From Rickettsia typhi (GTDB lineage Bacteria > Pseudomonadota > Alphaproteobacteria > Rickettsiales > Deianiraeaceae): a stretch of 64,000 nt of DNA. The position numbers were made by a program, and so were the translations under genes. The stretch spans positions 3,859-67,858 of the forward strand of contig CAMDIK010000007.1 of assembly GCA_945898725.1 (NCBI GenBank), given 5' to 3'. Positions 10,613-21,067 of the stretch are shown piece by piece. The notes beneath the pieces were generated by a model. The model was given only the letters and a program-made list of their open reading frames with translations, was not told the origin of the DNA and made no database searches. Each line of letters opens with the position of its first letter. The stretch's first letter is position 1.

Positions 10613-12865
10613 TTATATTGTAGACATAATTGCCATGTGGAATACGTCTCTGGAAGTGGCGTATGGCGGAACAATTTGCACAGATTTTTCAAATCCGCTA
10701 AGTATTGGCCCGATTATCACCGCTTTTTCCAAAGCCTCAACCAGGCTTGCGGATATTTGCGCAGAGTGAAGCCCAGGCATGATTAATATATTAGCATTTC
10801 CTGACAATCTTGAGAAGGGGTACATTTGTTTCCCGTTTTGCGTTAGCGCTGCAAATGGCGTCATTTCGCCCTCGTATTCGAAATCAACCTTCATTCCATC
10901 CAATATTTCAACCGCCTTGCGCACTCTTGTTGATTCATTTTTTAGATTTGACCCAAAGTTTGAATGCGACATGAATGCAACTCTTGGTTTAATTCCAAGC
11001 TTGTGCACAAAATTCGCCGTTTGTATTGCATTTTGAGCTAATTCTTCAGATGATGCAAGTTCTGTGCAGGCTGTGTCTGATACGAAAATCATATGATTTT
11101 GCTGGGCTAGAATTGAAATTCCCATTAGTTTTTGTTGCGGTTTTATTTTATGGTACTTGGAAATTGAGTCTAAAACCGTTGAATATGAGCGCCCAACGCC
11201 ACATATTACAGAGTCAACCAAGCCAAGGTCAAGCAAAACGGATGCAAAAGCATCGCGATCTTTCTTGATCAAACTTTCGCAGTCTGATCTCAAAAATCCT
11301 GATCTTTGTAACTTGTTATACAAAATTTCCACGTAAGATTCAAGATCTCCTTGTTTTTCCAATGCATTAATAATCTCAATATCATTAAGCTTTACGCCGC
11401 ATTCTGCAGCTATTGATTCAACTTTTTCTTTTCGTCCAAGTAGGTAAGATTTGCCGTTTCCGGAATCTCTCCATAACGCCGCGGCTTTTATTGATTCTAT
11501 TGATTCTCCTTCAGAAAAGCAAATTTTCTTGTTAGATTCGGCATTTTCTGAAACCAAGCTGACGGCGCTCACTATTGGGTCTAGACGCGATTTTAGCTGT
11601 AGTTTGTATTTTTCAATATCATCAATTTTTACACGGGCAACACCTGTTTTCATTGCAGCTTTTGCAACTTCCGATGCCACTTCAACTATCAACCTTGGGT
11701 CAAATGGTGTTGGAATTATATATTCTCTGCTGAATTCAAGTTTTTTCCCAGGATATGCAAGCATTACCTCGTCTGGCACCGCCAATTCTGCAAGTTTTGC
11801 GATCGCCTCTGCAGCTGCGATTTTCATTTCATTGTTAATACAAGATGCCCTTGTGTCAAGCGCGCCACGGAAAAGAAACGGAAAGCACATAACATTGTTG
11901 ACTTGATTGCTATAATCCCCCCTTCCAGTTGCAACTATCGCATCTGGGCGAGCTTCGTATACCTCTTCCGGCATTATTTCGGGTTCGGGGTTTGCCATTG
12001 CAAAAATAACAGGATCTTTTGCCATTCCCATAAGCATTTCCTTGTTAAACGCGCCCTTTGCAGACAGTCCAAGTAAAACATCTGCGCCTTTTAGGGCGTC
12101 GGTAAGAGTGCGTGCGCTGGTTTCAACTGCGAATTTCTCTTTCCATTCATTCATACTTTCTGTTCTGCCTTTATATATTACGCCTTTTTGGTCGCAAAGT
12201 ATTGCATTTTGTGGCTTTACACCGTATTCAATTATCATTTTTAAGCAAGAAATTCCCGCCGCACCTGCGCCATTTACCACCACTTTCATGTCGGAAAATT
12301 TTCTACCTGTGAGTTTTGCCGTATTAATTAAGCCAGCTAAAGTTATTATTGCCGTTCCGTGCTGATCGTCATGAAATACAGGAATATCAAGTAGCTCCTG
12401 TAATTTTGTTTCAATATAAAAACATTCAGGTCCACGAATATCTTCCAAATTTATTCCACCCCAGGTTCTGCCGATATTTTTTACAATATTTACAACTTCC
12501 TCAGGATCTCTTGATTCTATCTCAATGTCCACCGAATCTATATCTGCAAAACGCTTAAAAAGTGCGCTTTTCCCTTCCATTACGGGCTTTCCTGCTAGAC
12601 TTCCTATATCTCCAAAGCCAAGAACAGCGGTTCCATTGGAAATTACAGCTACAAAGTTGCCTTTTGAGGTATATTCATAAGCTAAATCGGGGTTTTTTTG
12701 AATTTCCAAGCACGGAAAACCAACACCGGGTGAGTATGCTAAAACTAAATCTCTACCAGTGGAAAGTGGTTTAATTAATGCCATTTCTAGCTTCCCTGGT
12801 TTTACAGAGCGATGAAATTCCAAGGCTTCTTCCTTGGTTACTTTTATGGTTTTATTTTCTGGCAT
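10613..12865 (-). CDS. maeB: NADP-dependent malic enzyme (malic enzyme domain plus phosphotransacetylase-like C-terminal domain)
   Basis: 750 aa. N-terminal LAYSPGV...VAVISNGTAVLGFGDIG and VVVNGAGAAGISC, with a PTA-like C-terminal half. Confidence 0.95.
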   Translation of the reverse strand: MPENKTIKVTKEEALEFHRSVKPGKLEMALIKPLSTGRDLVLAYSPGVGFPCLEIQKNPDLAYEYTSKGNFVAVISNGTAVLGFGDIGSLAGKPVMEGKSALFKRFADIDSVDIEIESRDPEEVVNIVKNIGRTWGGINLEDIRGPECFYIETKLQELLDIPVFHDDQHGTAIITLAGLINTAKLTGRKFSDMKVVVNGAGAAGISCLKMIIEYGVKPQNAILCDQKGVIYKGRTESMNEWKEKFAVETSARTLTDALKGADVLLGLSAKGAFNKEMLMGMAKDPVIFAMANPEPEIMPEEVYEARPDAIVATGRGDYSNQVNNVMCFPFLFRGALDTRASCINNEMKIAAAEAIAKLAELAVPDEVMLAYPGKKLEFSREYIIPTPFDPRLIVEVASEVAKAAMKTGVARVKIDDIEKYKLQLKSRLDPIVSAVSLVSENAESNKKICFSEGESIESIKAAALWRDSGNGKSYLLGRKEKVESIAAECGVKLNDIEIINALEKQGDLESYVEILYNKLQRSGFLRSDCESLIKKDRDAFASVLLDLGLVDSVICGVGRSYSTVLDSISKYHKIKPQQKLMGISILAQQNHMIFVSDTACTELASSEELAQNAIQTANFVHKLGIKPRVAFMSHSNFGSNLKNESTRVRKAVEILDGMKVDFEYEGEMTPFAALTQNGKQMYPFSRLSGNANILIMPGLHSAQISASLVEALEKAVIIGPILSGFEKSVQIVPPYATSRDVFHMAIMSTI

Positions 12866-12994
12866 TGATAAATCAAAAAATCACCCAAAGCTTTTCTGTA
12901 ATAATATATTTGTCAAACAAAAAATATCGTATTAATTTTATTGTTGAATATAAAAAAAATGCTTATATTTTATAGGAAATAAAACTTATTTCAA

Positions 12995-14608
12995 ATGGCA
13001 TTAAAAAAATTTATTTTAAGTCAAAAGGCTCAGCCGGAAAAAAATTTTATATCTATTATTGGCGTTTCAGACGATGCAATATATATGTTACATTTTAAAA
13101 ATGGCAGTATTGTTGAGCGCATTTCCATTAAAAAAATTGAGGAAATAGGCAAGATTTCCAGCTATTTACGCCAGCATAAAAGCACTCATATATATGTTAG
13201 TATATATGACTCGGCAATCCGCATAGAGAAAAAATATCTTCCTAGCGTAAAAGATATTACTAGCATGAGGGCGATTCAAGAAAGACTGCCAAATACACTA
13301 TGCGTTTTTACCCAGCAATTAACCCATGGGGGACTGGGGAAACAGGTTATGATTGCCGGAAGATTGGATAAAATGTCTGTGCATAAAAATATCGCAGGAG
13401 TTGTAAATCTTGCAATAAAAATACCAAATCCCGTCTGGCAGTTTGAAATTATTCAGCACGATGTTAATCTGTGGATTAGAGATTTGTATAAATTTGTAGA
13501 TGACCACCTGGTTTATATTATAATTGCCTCTAAAGAAGGGCAGATTTACACTGCATTATGCGCAAAAAACGTTGCAATATCGTTAAAAACTGAAAAATCT
13601 CACGAAGATTTACAAAAACAAATTAATGACGAGATAGATAAAATTAACTCGGTGTATTCCAGGCATGAAATTCACAAAGACATCGAACTTCCTGACCACG
13701 TTCCAGATATTGTTGTGCTTACGGATATTGAAGCATTACGAAATGCAAAATTTCAGAGTTTATCATCTGAATGTAGATTCCACCATGAGTATTTTCAGGG
13801 TGAAAATCAAGAGCTTAGCATAGTTGAATATGCTACAATAAATAGCATAAAATACCACCCCGTCACCTATGTGGTAAATAACGACATTATTCAAAAAATG
13901 CGAATTTTTAAGGCTGAAAAGGTGATTAGGCTTGGTGCGTTGATAATTAGTAGCTTGAGCCTAGCTATTGCGGTGATAAAAATTTCTACATACAGCGTGC
14001 AAAATGAACTTGCAATTAGTCAAAAAAAACATTCGGTTAAGGAGGTAGAGCAGCGCCTCCCCCCGTCAGAAGAGCTTGAAAAAATGTCAACTTTGATGCT
14101 TTTAAAAAATATGTCAGAGATTTACAAAATTAGCCTTAGCGCAAATTGGGGCAGAGACCTTGATGCTATTTCCAAGATTTTAAGCAATGCCAGCGGGGCT
14201 TATTTGACTAAATATACCTGGAACTGCGCCGAAAAATGCTTAACAAATAGCAAGAGAAGCCTTGATTTGACGATTGATTTTGCAAATTCAAGCGGATATT
14301 TGCAAACAATTTACCACTCTGCTTCATATCTAAATGATAATCTTCAGCGCTATTTTGGCGATAACTATACCATTAAAGGCTTGAATTATAAATATCAAGT
14401 TGACATTGAGAGGCAATATTTCTATCGCAGAATGAACATTAATATCTACCCAAAAAATGAAAATGACAAGCCTGTTGAAGAGTTGTCTTTAAAGGATATG
14501 CCCGTGCATGCTGGGAAAAATGTATCGCAAGACCCCCCCCTTGCCACTATAAAGCCGGAAGCTCACCAGGAAGATGATGCCGCCGGAGATGGAAGTGGGA
14601 ATAAGTAG
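12995..14608 (+). CDS. Hypothetical bitopic membrane protein (~310-aa cytoplasmic domain, one TM, ~210-aa extracytoplasmic domain)
   Basis: Long ORF at a divergent promoter region. It has a single hydrophobic segment, VIRLGALIISSLSLAIAVIKI. I recognise no catalytic motif. It is the first gene of a tight three-gene set. Confidence 0.6.
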   Translation: MALKKFILSQKAQPEKNFISIIGVSDDAIYMLHFKNGSIVERISIKKIEEIGKISSYLRQHKSTHIYVSIYDSAIRIEKKYLPSVKDITSMRAIQERLPNTLCVFTQQLTHGGLGKQVMIAGRLDKMSVHKNIAGVVNLAIKIPNPVWQFEIIQHDVNLWIRDLYKFVDDHLVYIIIASKEGQIYTALCAKNVAISLKTEKSHEDLQKQINDEIDKINSVYSRHEIHKDIELPDHVPDIVVLTDIEALRNAKFQSLSSECRFHHEYFQGENQELSIVEYATINSIKYHPVTYVVNNDIIQKMRIFKAEKVIRLGALIISSLSLAIAVIKISTYSVQNELAISQKKHSVKEVEQRLPPSEELEKMSTLMLLKNMSEIYKISLSANWGRDLDAISKILSNASGAYLTKYTWNCAEKCLTNSKRSLDLTIDFANSSGYLQTIYHSASYLNDNLQRYFGDNYTIKGLNYKYQVDIERQYFYRRMNINIYPKNENDKPVEELSLKDMPVHAGKNVSQDPPLATIKPEAHQEDDAAGDGSGNK

Positions 14609-14620
14609 TTTTTGATTATT

Positions 14621-15256
14621 ATGGACGCGTTTACAAGACATAATTCACACAGAGTAGCTCGTCATACCAGTCCCCGCCAAAGCGCATTGCTAACCCATAA
14701 GGTGCAAATTATTTCCATCGCAACTTGGATTTTTCTCACTTTTATGTCAATTGGTTTTATGTTTTATGCAATACATTACCAAGACAACTCTGATGATATT
14801 TTGCACAAACTTGATAAAAGGATGCATGCCGCACAGCATACATTAGACGATTACGCTTTTTATACAAAATCTGCGGAAGATATTATAAAAAACAGCAATA
14901 ATATTCCCAAAAATAGGTTATTAATTTCGGGTTTTGACGATGCTAAATTGAATATTTTGCTTGAGAAATTTGCAGATAATTTTACTGTAAAACCAAAGAT
15001 CACAAAAGAGCAGGGTGAGTGTAATTCACAATTTCCTGATAGCAATTTTCAACAAGCGCAGTGTTATAAAATTAACCTATTGGTTGAACAATATAGTAGC
15101 GATGATCTGAATATTCAGTTTTACAAATATCTGCAGGACGCTTTGCCGGGATTTGTAATTCCTGTGAAAATTTTAGCCACACGTAGCGAAAACGATGGCG
15201 GCGCTTCTTACGCGCTGGAAAGTCAATATTATTTTGTATATTTTGCGGAAAAATGA
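14621..15256 (+). CDS. Hypothetical membrane-anchored protein (one N-terminal TM)
   Basis: The track start at 14612 is TTG; an ATG at 14621 lies 13 nt after the upstream stop. One TM segment (IISIATWIFLTFMSIGFMFYAI). Confidence 0.55.
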   Translation: MDAFTRHNSHRVARHTSPRQSALLTHKVQIISIATWIFLTFMSIGFMFYAIHYQDNSDDILHKLDKRMHAAQHTLDDYAFYTKSAEDIIKNSNNIPKNRLLISGFDDAKLNILLEKFADNFTVKPKITKEQGECNSQFPDSNFQQAQCYKINLLVEQYSSDDLNIQFYKYLQDALPGFVIPVKILATRSENDGGASYALESQYYFVYFAEK

Positions 15257-15846
15257 AGGTTTTATTAGTAATTTTAGCTATTTTCACCCCAGGTGTTTGC
15301 TGCTCTGTTGAAAAAATAAATCTGGCGAGCATAACCCACAAATATCCTGAAAATTTCAAGGAAAATACTGACGATTTCTTGAAAAATCTTGGCGAAGCAA
15401 GGGGTGTATTGCTTGAAAACAACATGCAAATAGATCAAGAAACTGGAAAAATAAAGAAAATTGCAGTGCAAAAGCGCAGTATGTTTGCAGGAAATTCCGA
15501 GAATTATATATATCTTCAAAGTATTTCCACCTCTCAGGGTGGTGGGTGGTCGATTATTTTAAACAATCTTTCAATAAGCAGCCAATCTGCGTATAAAAAA
15601 ATTGGAAATCTTGCAGAAATTATCAAAGTTCAAAAGGGTAGGGTTGTGGTCAAATTGACCAACCCGGATGTGTCGAAAATTGCTAAAAATAAAAATCAAA
15701 ATGGCAACAAAGTCTATTCTATCAATCGCAATGGACTTGAGACGTACTATCTTTTAATAGGTGTAAATGAAATATTTGATTTAGAAAATTACCTTATTAT
15801 GACGGGGAATATGGCTGGAGTTGGGCATTATATTGCGCGCACGTAA
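15253..15846 (+). CDS. Hypothetical exported protein (signal peptide, beta-rich C-terminal domain)
   Basis: Overlaps the previous ORF by 4 nt (ATGA). N-terminus MKVLLVILAIFTPGVCCS. The 3' end overlaps the convergent birA by 19 nt. Confidence 0.55.
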   Translation: MKVLLVILAIFTPGVCCSVEKINLASITHKYPENFKENTDDFLKNLGEARGVLLENNMQIDQETGKIKKIAVQKRSMFAGNSENYIYLQSISTSQGGGWSIILNNLSISSQSAYKKIGNLAEIIKVQKGRVVVKLTNPDVSKIAKNKNQNGNKVYSINRNGLETYYLLIGVNEIFDLENYLIMTGNMAGVGHYIART

Positions 15847-16544
15847 TTTAAAAATTCCAAGCTGCCGGAGGATATTTTAACCACTTCCCCACCTTCAAGA
15901 GCAGCAACAGCGCTGCCATTTTGCGTAAAATCTTGCAAAATCCCTAACCTGCCATCTTGTAATTGAATTTTTTCACCAAACCCGAATGCAATTTTTTTAT
16001 ATTCGTCAATTACCTCATTTTTTTCAAGATAAAGTGGCAACTGCTGCGCAACTTGTGAAATAATTTCATTTGGCGTGATTTTTACCCCGAATTCCTTGAG
16101 AATATTTGATATAGGGTATGGCATTTCCGCTTCCGGGTGAGATATAAGATTCAGCCCAATGCCTATAATGCAGTATTTTATGTTGTCTTTTTGCTCGATA
16201 TTCACAATAATTCCTCCAATTTTCTGATTATTGCAAAAGATGTCATTCGGCCATTTTAAGGTAACTTTATTGGAAATTCCAAATACTTCCAGTGATTTTG
16301 CCACGGACAACCCGGCTTTGATCGACGCCAGCGCTATTTCGCTTGAATTTTCTTGCAAAATTACAAATGAAACAGCCAAATTTCCCATTGCGCTGTGCCA
16401 CTTGCTACCCGATCTTCCAATACCATTTGTTTGATTTTTTGTGTATATGATTGAATTTTGCAGAATATCCCCGCTATTTATTGCGCTGATTGCATACTTT
16501 TGCGTGCTTGCAATTTCCGGTAGAAAAATATACTCAAATTCCAT
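15828..16544 (-). CDS. birA: Biotin--[acetyl-CoA-carboxylase] ligase
   Basis: Motifs GIGRSGSKWHS (the GRGRxGRxW equivalent) and KWPNDIF. The start overlaps the rnj stop by 1 nt (TAATG). Confidence 0.85.
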   Translation of the reverse strand: MEFEYIFLPEIASTQKYAISAINSGDILQNSIIYTKNQTNGIGRSGSKWHSAMGNLAVSFVILQENSSEIALASIKAGLSVAKSLEVFGISNKVTLKWPNDIFCNNQKIGGIIVNIEQKDNIKYCIIGIGLNLISHPEAEMPYPISNILKEFGVKITPNEIISQVAQQLPLYLEKNEVIDEYKKIAFGFGEKIQLQDGRLGILQDFTQNGSAVAALEGGEVVKISSGSLEFLNYVRAI

Positions 16545-18244
16545 TAGACTTCGTGAATAATAACAGATACAATAGGGGTTTTTTCGAATTTTCTTTCAAT
16601 ATCCTTGCCAACGGAAGAAGAGATTATGCCTTCAATTTTTTCCAAATTTGCTTTGTTTTGTAAAACACCTTTCGCGCCCTTTCCAAGCCCGGAGAGGTAT
16701 TTTTCCAAATGATTTTGGGCATTTTTTATGATGTGAGCCATAGCTTTTGCCGTATTTGCCTCGTCCAAAAGCCCTATTAATCTGTGATCAATATTTACAA
16801 TTTTAAGCTTTTCATCAATTGCGATAGATAAATTTACCACGCCGGAATCTTTAATTTTTCTGCGCTCGCGCATGGTTTTTGAAGCCGGGGATAGTAGCAA
16901 ATTTCCGTCCACGCATAGGTAATCTGTGAATACTGTTCCCACTTTTTTTACGTCATCCGTGGAAACAACAAGTACGTCACCATCTTTTACAAAAATGGAT
17001 TTATCCGCCAGTTTTTTTTCGTGAATCAACTTGCAATGCGCGCGTAAATGCACAGATTCCCCGTGCACCGGTATGCCAATTTTCGGCTTTAACATTGAAT
17101 ATAATTCGCATAGTTCATCTTTTTTCGGGTGCCCGGAAACATGCACAAATGCCTCTCTTTCGGTTACAACATTTATGTTTTTATCAGCCAATCTATTCAT
17201 TGTTGCGGAAATTTTCTTTTCATTTCCGGGTATTATTTTTGAAGAAAATATCACGGTGTCGTGCGCATTAATCTTGATTATTGGGTGGGAATTATTAGAA
17301 ATTTTCGCCATACTTGCTAGAACTTCGCCTTGGCAACCGGTGCAAATCATCAAAACTTCTTTGCGTGGAAGCTTTGCCGCCTCTTTTGCATCCATAAAAC
17401 TTTCTGAAGATAAATAGCCACATTTCTTAGCTATTGCTGTAATTTTTGACAAAGAAAGCCCGGAAAGCCCCACAACCCTTCCCGTTCTTTTTGCAACATT
17501 GCACAAGGTTTGAATTCTTGCCACGTTTGATGCAAAAGTTGTAACAAGTACCATGCCTTTTTGATTTTCAACTATATTATATAGATTGTGCTCAAGCTCG
17601 CCCTCGCTTTGCGATCTGCCTTCTGAAAGCACGTTTGTTGAGTCACAAACCACTGCAGTTACGCCTTCTTTTGCAATTTTTTCAAGCTTGGAAAAATCAC
17701 TTTTTTCACCAACTACCGGGCTTTCGTCAAACTTCCAGTCGCCTGTATGAAATATTTTAACATCCCCGCCTTTTATGAAAATTCCGTGCATTTCCGGTAT
17801 TGAATGCGTTAAAAATACCGGTTCTATTGTGAAATTTCCAATTTTAATTTCTGCGCTTTTAATTTCCTTCATTTTAACGTCGGAATAGTCGCCAAGCCTG
17901 TCTTGTAGGCGTAATTTCAGGAATTCCAATGCAAATTTTGTGCCATATACCGGGCATTTTAAGTCTTTTATAAAATGAGAAACCGCCCCCACGTGATCTT
18001 CGTGCACGTGCGTTAACACTATTGCGCTAATTGGAATTTTGTTATTTCGAATAAAGGAAATATCCGGAACTATTATGTCTGCCCCGGGAGTTATGCGCTC
18101 TTCTGAAAAAGACGCGCCACAGTCTAGCATTATCCAGGTATTTTTATAGCAATAAAGCATTAGATTTTTGCCTATATTGCCGCATCCGCCAAGGGGTATC
18201 ATTATTACATTTTCCGCGTCGGATGGAATTGAGAACTTTGCCAT
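16544..18244 (-). CDS. rnj: Ribonuclease J
   Basis: 566 aa with the metallo-beta-lactamase motif LTHVHEDHVGA, a beta-CASP region and a C-terminal domain. Confidence 0.9.
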   Translation of the reverse strand: MAKFSIPSDAENVIMIPLGGCGNIGKNLMLYCYKNTWIMLDCGASFSEERITPGADIIVPDISFIRNNKIPISAIVLTHVHEDHVGAVSHFIKDLKCPVYGTKFALEFLKLRLQDRLGDYSDVKMKEIKSAEIKIGNFTIEPVFLTHSIPEMHGIFIKGGDVKIFHTGDWKFDESPVVGEKSDFSKLEKIAKEGVTAVVCDSTNVLSEGRSQSEGELEHNLYNIVENQKGMVLVTTFASNVARIQTLCNVAKRTGRVVGLSGLSLSKITAIAKKCGYLSSESFMDAKEAAKLPRKEVLMICTGCQGEVLASMAKISNNSHPIIKINAHDTVIFSSKIIPGNEKKISATMNRLADKNINVVTEREAFVHVSGHPKKDELCELYSMLKPKIGIPVHGESVHLRAHCKLIHEKKLADKSIFVKDGDVLVVSTDDVKKVGTVFTDYLCVDGNLLLSPASKTMRERRKIKDSGVVNLSIAIDEKLKIVNIDHRLIGLLDEANTAKAMAHIIKNAQNHLEKYLSGLGKGAKGVLQNKANLEKIEGIISSSVGKDIERKFEKTPIVSVIIHEV

Positions 18245-18323
18245 ATTATATTATATATCACACTAGTATGAGTGCTATTTTTAAAAAGTCAATTATTTTC
18301 TTGTGGTTTGGAAAATCATAGAA

Positions 18324-20096
18324 TTACTGGCACGCAACGCATTCTTCATAAAGCGAACCTGTGGAGTTATCTTCTGAAGATTTTACGGCATTATTTTCCA
18401 TTGCAACCAACATTGAGACTTTGTCTGCGCGAGACATTGCAATTGACCTTAAGTAATATAGGCTTTTCACCCCCTTTTTCCAAGCATTAAAATGCAATAA
18501 GTGCAAGTTTTTTTTCGTAATATCTGACTTTACAAATAGATTGTTCGAAGCTGCTTGGTCGATATATGGCGCGCGATCGGCTGCAAAATCTATAATCCAC
18601 ATTTGGTTAATTTCGTGCGCTGTTTTAAATATAGATTTCGTGTAATCATCGAGAAATTCCAAATGCGAAACCGATCCCTCATGACTTGAAATGCTAGACC
18701 AAACATCGTCAGTATTTTGCCCAAGTTTTGTTAATACCACGTCAAGATATTTATTTTTTACGGCAAAAGACCCCGTTAGTGTTTTATGGGTATAGTAATT
18801 TCCATTGCTTGGTTCAACCCCGGGCGAAGTTCCACCGGTTATAATTGAAATTGAAGCAGTTGGCGCGATTGCAGTTTTATTGGAAAATCTTTCGCCGGAA
18901 TTAACGCTTTGCGCATCAGGGCAGGCCCCCCTTTCTTTACCGATTGAAATTGAAGCAGCATTTGCCTGGGTTTGTATGTATTGAAATATGCTTTTATTGA
19001 GCGATTTTGCCGCAACGGACTCAAACGGCAGGTTGTTTTTTTGCAAATAAGAGTGAAAACCCATAGCTCCAAGCCCAATGCTTCTTTCGCGCATGGCTGA
19101 ATATTTTGCATTTTTCATGCTATCCGGCGCGCGTTTTATAAAATCTTCCAAAACATTGTCAAGCATATACATAATATCCAGTATAAATTGCTGATCATTT
19201 TTCCATTCATCATAATATTCAAGATTTACAGAAGAAAGACAGCAAACTGCCGTGCGTTCATTTCCCAAGTGGTCAGTTCCTGTGGGAAGGGTTATTTCAC
19301 TGCATAAATTGGAGGTTTTCACTGAAAGTCCAAGCTTTTTTTGATGCTCCGGTATCGCGCGATTTACCGTGTCTATAAATAGCAGGTAAGGCTCACCTGT
19401 TTCCATTCTTGCATTGAGAATTTTTATCCACAAATCTCTAGCATTTACGGTGGAAATTACTTGTTTTGTATGAGGGCTAATTAGACTCCATTTTTCGTCT
19501 TTTTCCACGCATTCCATGAATTTATCTGTAATGCAAATTCCATGATGTAGGTTTAGCGCGCGGCGATTATTGTCACCTGTTGGGCGTCGCATGTCTATAA
19601 ATTCTTCAATTTCCGGGTGATCTATGGGCAAGTACGTCGCAGCGCTACCCCTGCGAAGAGAGCCTTGTGAAATTGCCAATGTTAGCGAGTCCATTACTTT
19701 AATAAATGGAATAATTCCAGAGGTTTTCCCATTACTTCCAACCGATTCCCCTATAGATCTTACGTTTCCCCAGTAACTTCCAATTCCGCCACCTCTGCTT
19801 GCAAGCCACACATTTTCATGCCATAAATTCGCTATTCCCGATAGAGAGTCATCACATTCATTTAGGAAGCAAGATATTGGCAATCCGCGCTCTAGTCCGC
19901 CATTGCTAAGAATTGGCGTTGCAGGCATAAACCACATTTTGCACATATAGTTATATAGTCTTTCGGCGTGTGTTTTGTCATTGGAATAACAACTTGCAAC
20001 ACGCAAAAATAGATCATCCGGTTTTTCACCTGGAAGAAGATATCTATCTTCCAATACAGCGCTTCCAAAATTAGTTAAACGACTTTCAATACTCAT
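18324..20096 (-). CDS. nrdA: Ribonucleoside-diphosphate reductase alpha chain (class I)
   Basis: 590 aa with FMPATPILSNGG, NLCSEITLP (active-site Cys/Glu region) and a C-terminal cysteine pair ...ECVACQ. No nrdB lies adjacent. Confidence 0.9.
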   Translation of the reverse strand: MSIESRLTNFGSAVLEDRYLLPGEKPDDLFLRVASCYSNDKTHAERLYNYMCKMWFMPATPILSNGGLERGLPISCFLNECDDSLSGIANLWHENVWLASRGGGIGSYWGNVRSIGESVGSNGKTSGIIPFIKVMDSLTLAISQGSLRRGSAATYLPIDHPEIEEFIDMRRPTGDNNRRALNLHHGICITDKFMECVEKDEKWSLISPHTKQVISTVNARDLWIKILNARMETGEPYLLFIDTVNRAIPEHQKKLGLSVKTSNLCSEITLPTGTDHLGNERTAVCCLSSVNLEYYDEWKNDQQFILDIMYMLDNVLEDFIKRAPDSMKNAKYSAMRERSIGLGAMGFHSYLQKNNLPFESVAAKSLNKSIFQYIQTQANAASISIGKERGACPDAQSVNSGERFSNKTAIAPTASISIITGGTSPGVEPSNGNYYTHKTLTGSFAVKNKYLDVVLTKLGQNTDDVWSSISSHEGSVSHLEFLDDYTKSIFKTAHEINQMWIIDFAADRAPYIDQAASNNLFVKSDITKKNLHLLHFNAWKKGVKSLYYLRSIAMSRADKVSMLVAMENNAVKSSEDNSTGSLYEECVACQ

Positions 20097-20353
20097 ATTT
20101 TTTCATTAAAATGAACATTACGCTACATAATAAATATGTACCTAAGGCTTTGGGGTAAGTTTTTTATTTGCAAGAAATTAATATAAAAATTTAGTTTTTT
20201 TTTGAACACCTTTATTCATTTTTTAAACATCCTTCTAGGGTTGATTTGTTGTAAAAAATGGTAAAATTAACAGTAATTCTACAGGATTTTGATAAATGGG
20301 AAACGCCTCTAAAGCGTGAAAAACTACGCAGGTTATATGTATTGTATATATTG

Positions 20354-20488
20354 CTATGCAGAGAGCAATTTTCTTCCTCTTTGTCTACGAGCGGAGATTA
20401 TTTTTCTACCTCCGGCTGTTGACATTCTATGCCTAAAGCCATGTTTGTTTTTTCTTTTTCTGCGACTAGGTTGATATGTTCTAACCAT
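20354..20488 (-). CDS. rpmH: 50S ribosomal protein L34
   Basis: My own translation gives [44 protein letters not shown] (44 aa), the canonical L34 pattern. It is below the ORF-track length cutoff. Confidence 0.9.
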   Translation of the reverse strand: MVRTYQPSRRKRKNKHGFRHRMSTAGGRKIISARRQRGRKLLSA

Positions 20489-20612
20489 ATACAATATACA
20501 AAATTTATTTCTAATAACACTTTATTAACCTAAACTTTTTAAAGTCAAGCAAAAATAACTTGAAAATAAAAATAAATATAATGTATACATAATTTACAAT
20601 TGAGGAATAAAC

Positions 20613-21053
20613 ATGAATACCACTGAAATCATTTCGTATTTACCGCATAGATACCCCATGTTATTGATTGATAAAGTTTTGGAAGTTGTGCCGGAAAAAA
20701 GCATAAAAGTTCTAAAAAATGTCACGGCAAATGAAGAATTTTTTGTTGGGCACTTCCCGCAAGATCCTATTATGCCTGGGGTGCTAATTATTGAGTCAAT
20801 TGCCCAGGGTGCTGGAATTTTAGCAATGAAAACCCTTGAATATCAAGGCAGGGAAGCCAAGGGCAAAAAAGTATATTTCACAGGGATAGATGCTGTAAAA
20901 TTTAGAGGAATGGTAAAACCAGGGGACACAATGATACATCATATAGAGTTGGTTAGGTACAAGCTGGGTATATGTAAATTTTCAGCAAGAACATTTGTTG
21001 AAGATAAGCTTGTGGCAGAGGCGGAAATTTCTGCGATGATAGATTTGAAGTAA
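20613..21053 (+). CDS. fabZ: 3-hydroxyacyl-ACP dehydratase FabZ
   Basis: LPHRYPMLLIDKV and FFVGHFPQDPIMPGVLIIESIAQ. Confidence 0.95.
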   Translation: MNTTEIISYLPHRYPMLLIDKVLEVVPEKSIKVLKNVTANEEFFVGHFPQDPIMPGVLIIESIAQGAGILAMKTLEYQGREAKGKKVYFTGIDAVKFRGMVKPGDTMIHHIELVRYKLGICKFSARTFVEDKLVAEAEISAMIDLK

Positions 21054-21067
21054 TTTTTGTGTAAAAT

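Noticed and set aside
20124-20140. Palindrome tacataataaatatgta 28-44 nt upstream of nrdA, considered as an NrdR box
   Set aside because: There is only one copy, whereas NrdR boxes normally come in pairs about three helical turns apart. The spacing is one base short of the 16-bp consensus as I recall it, and such A/T palindromes arise easily in AT-rich DNA. It might be worth revisiting if an nrdR gene exists in the genome.
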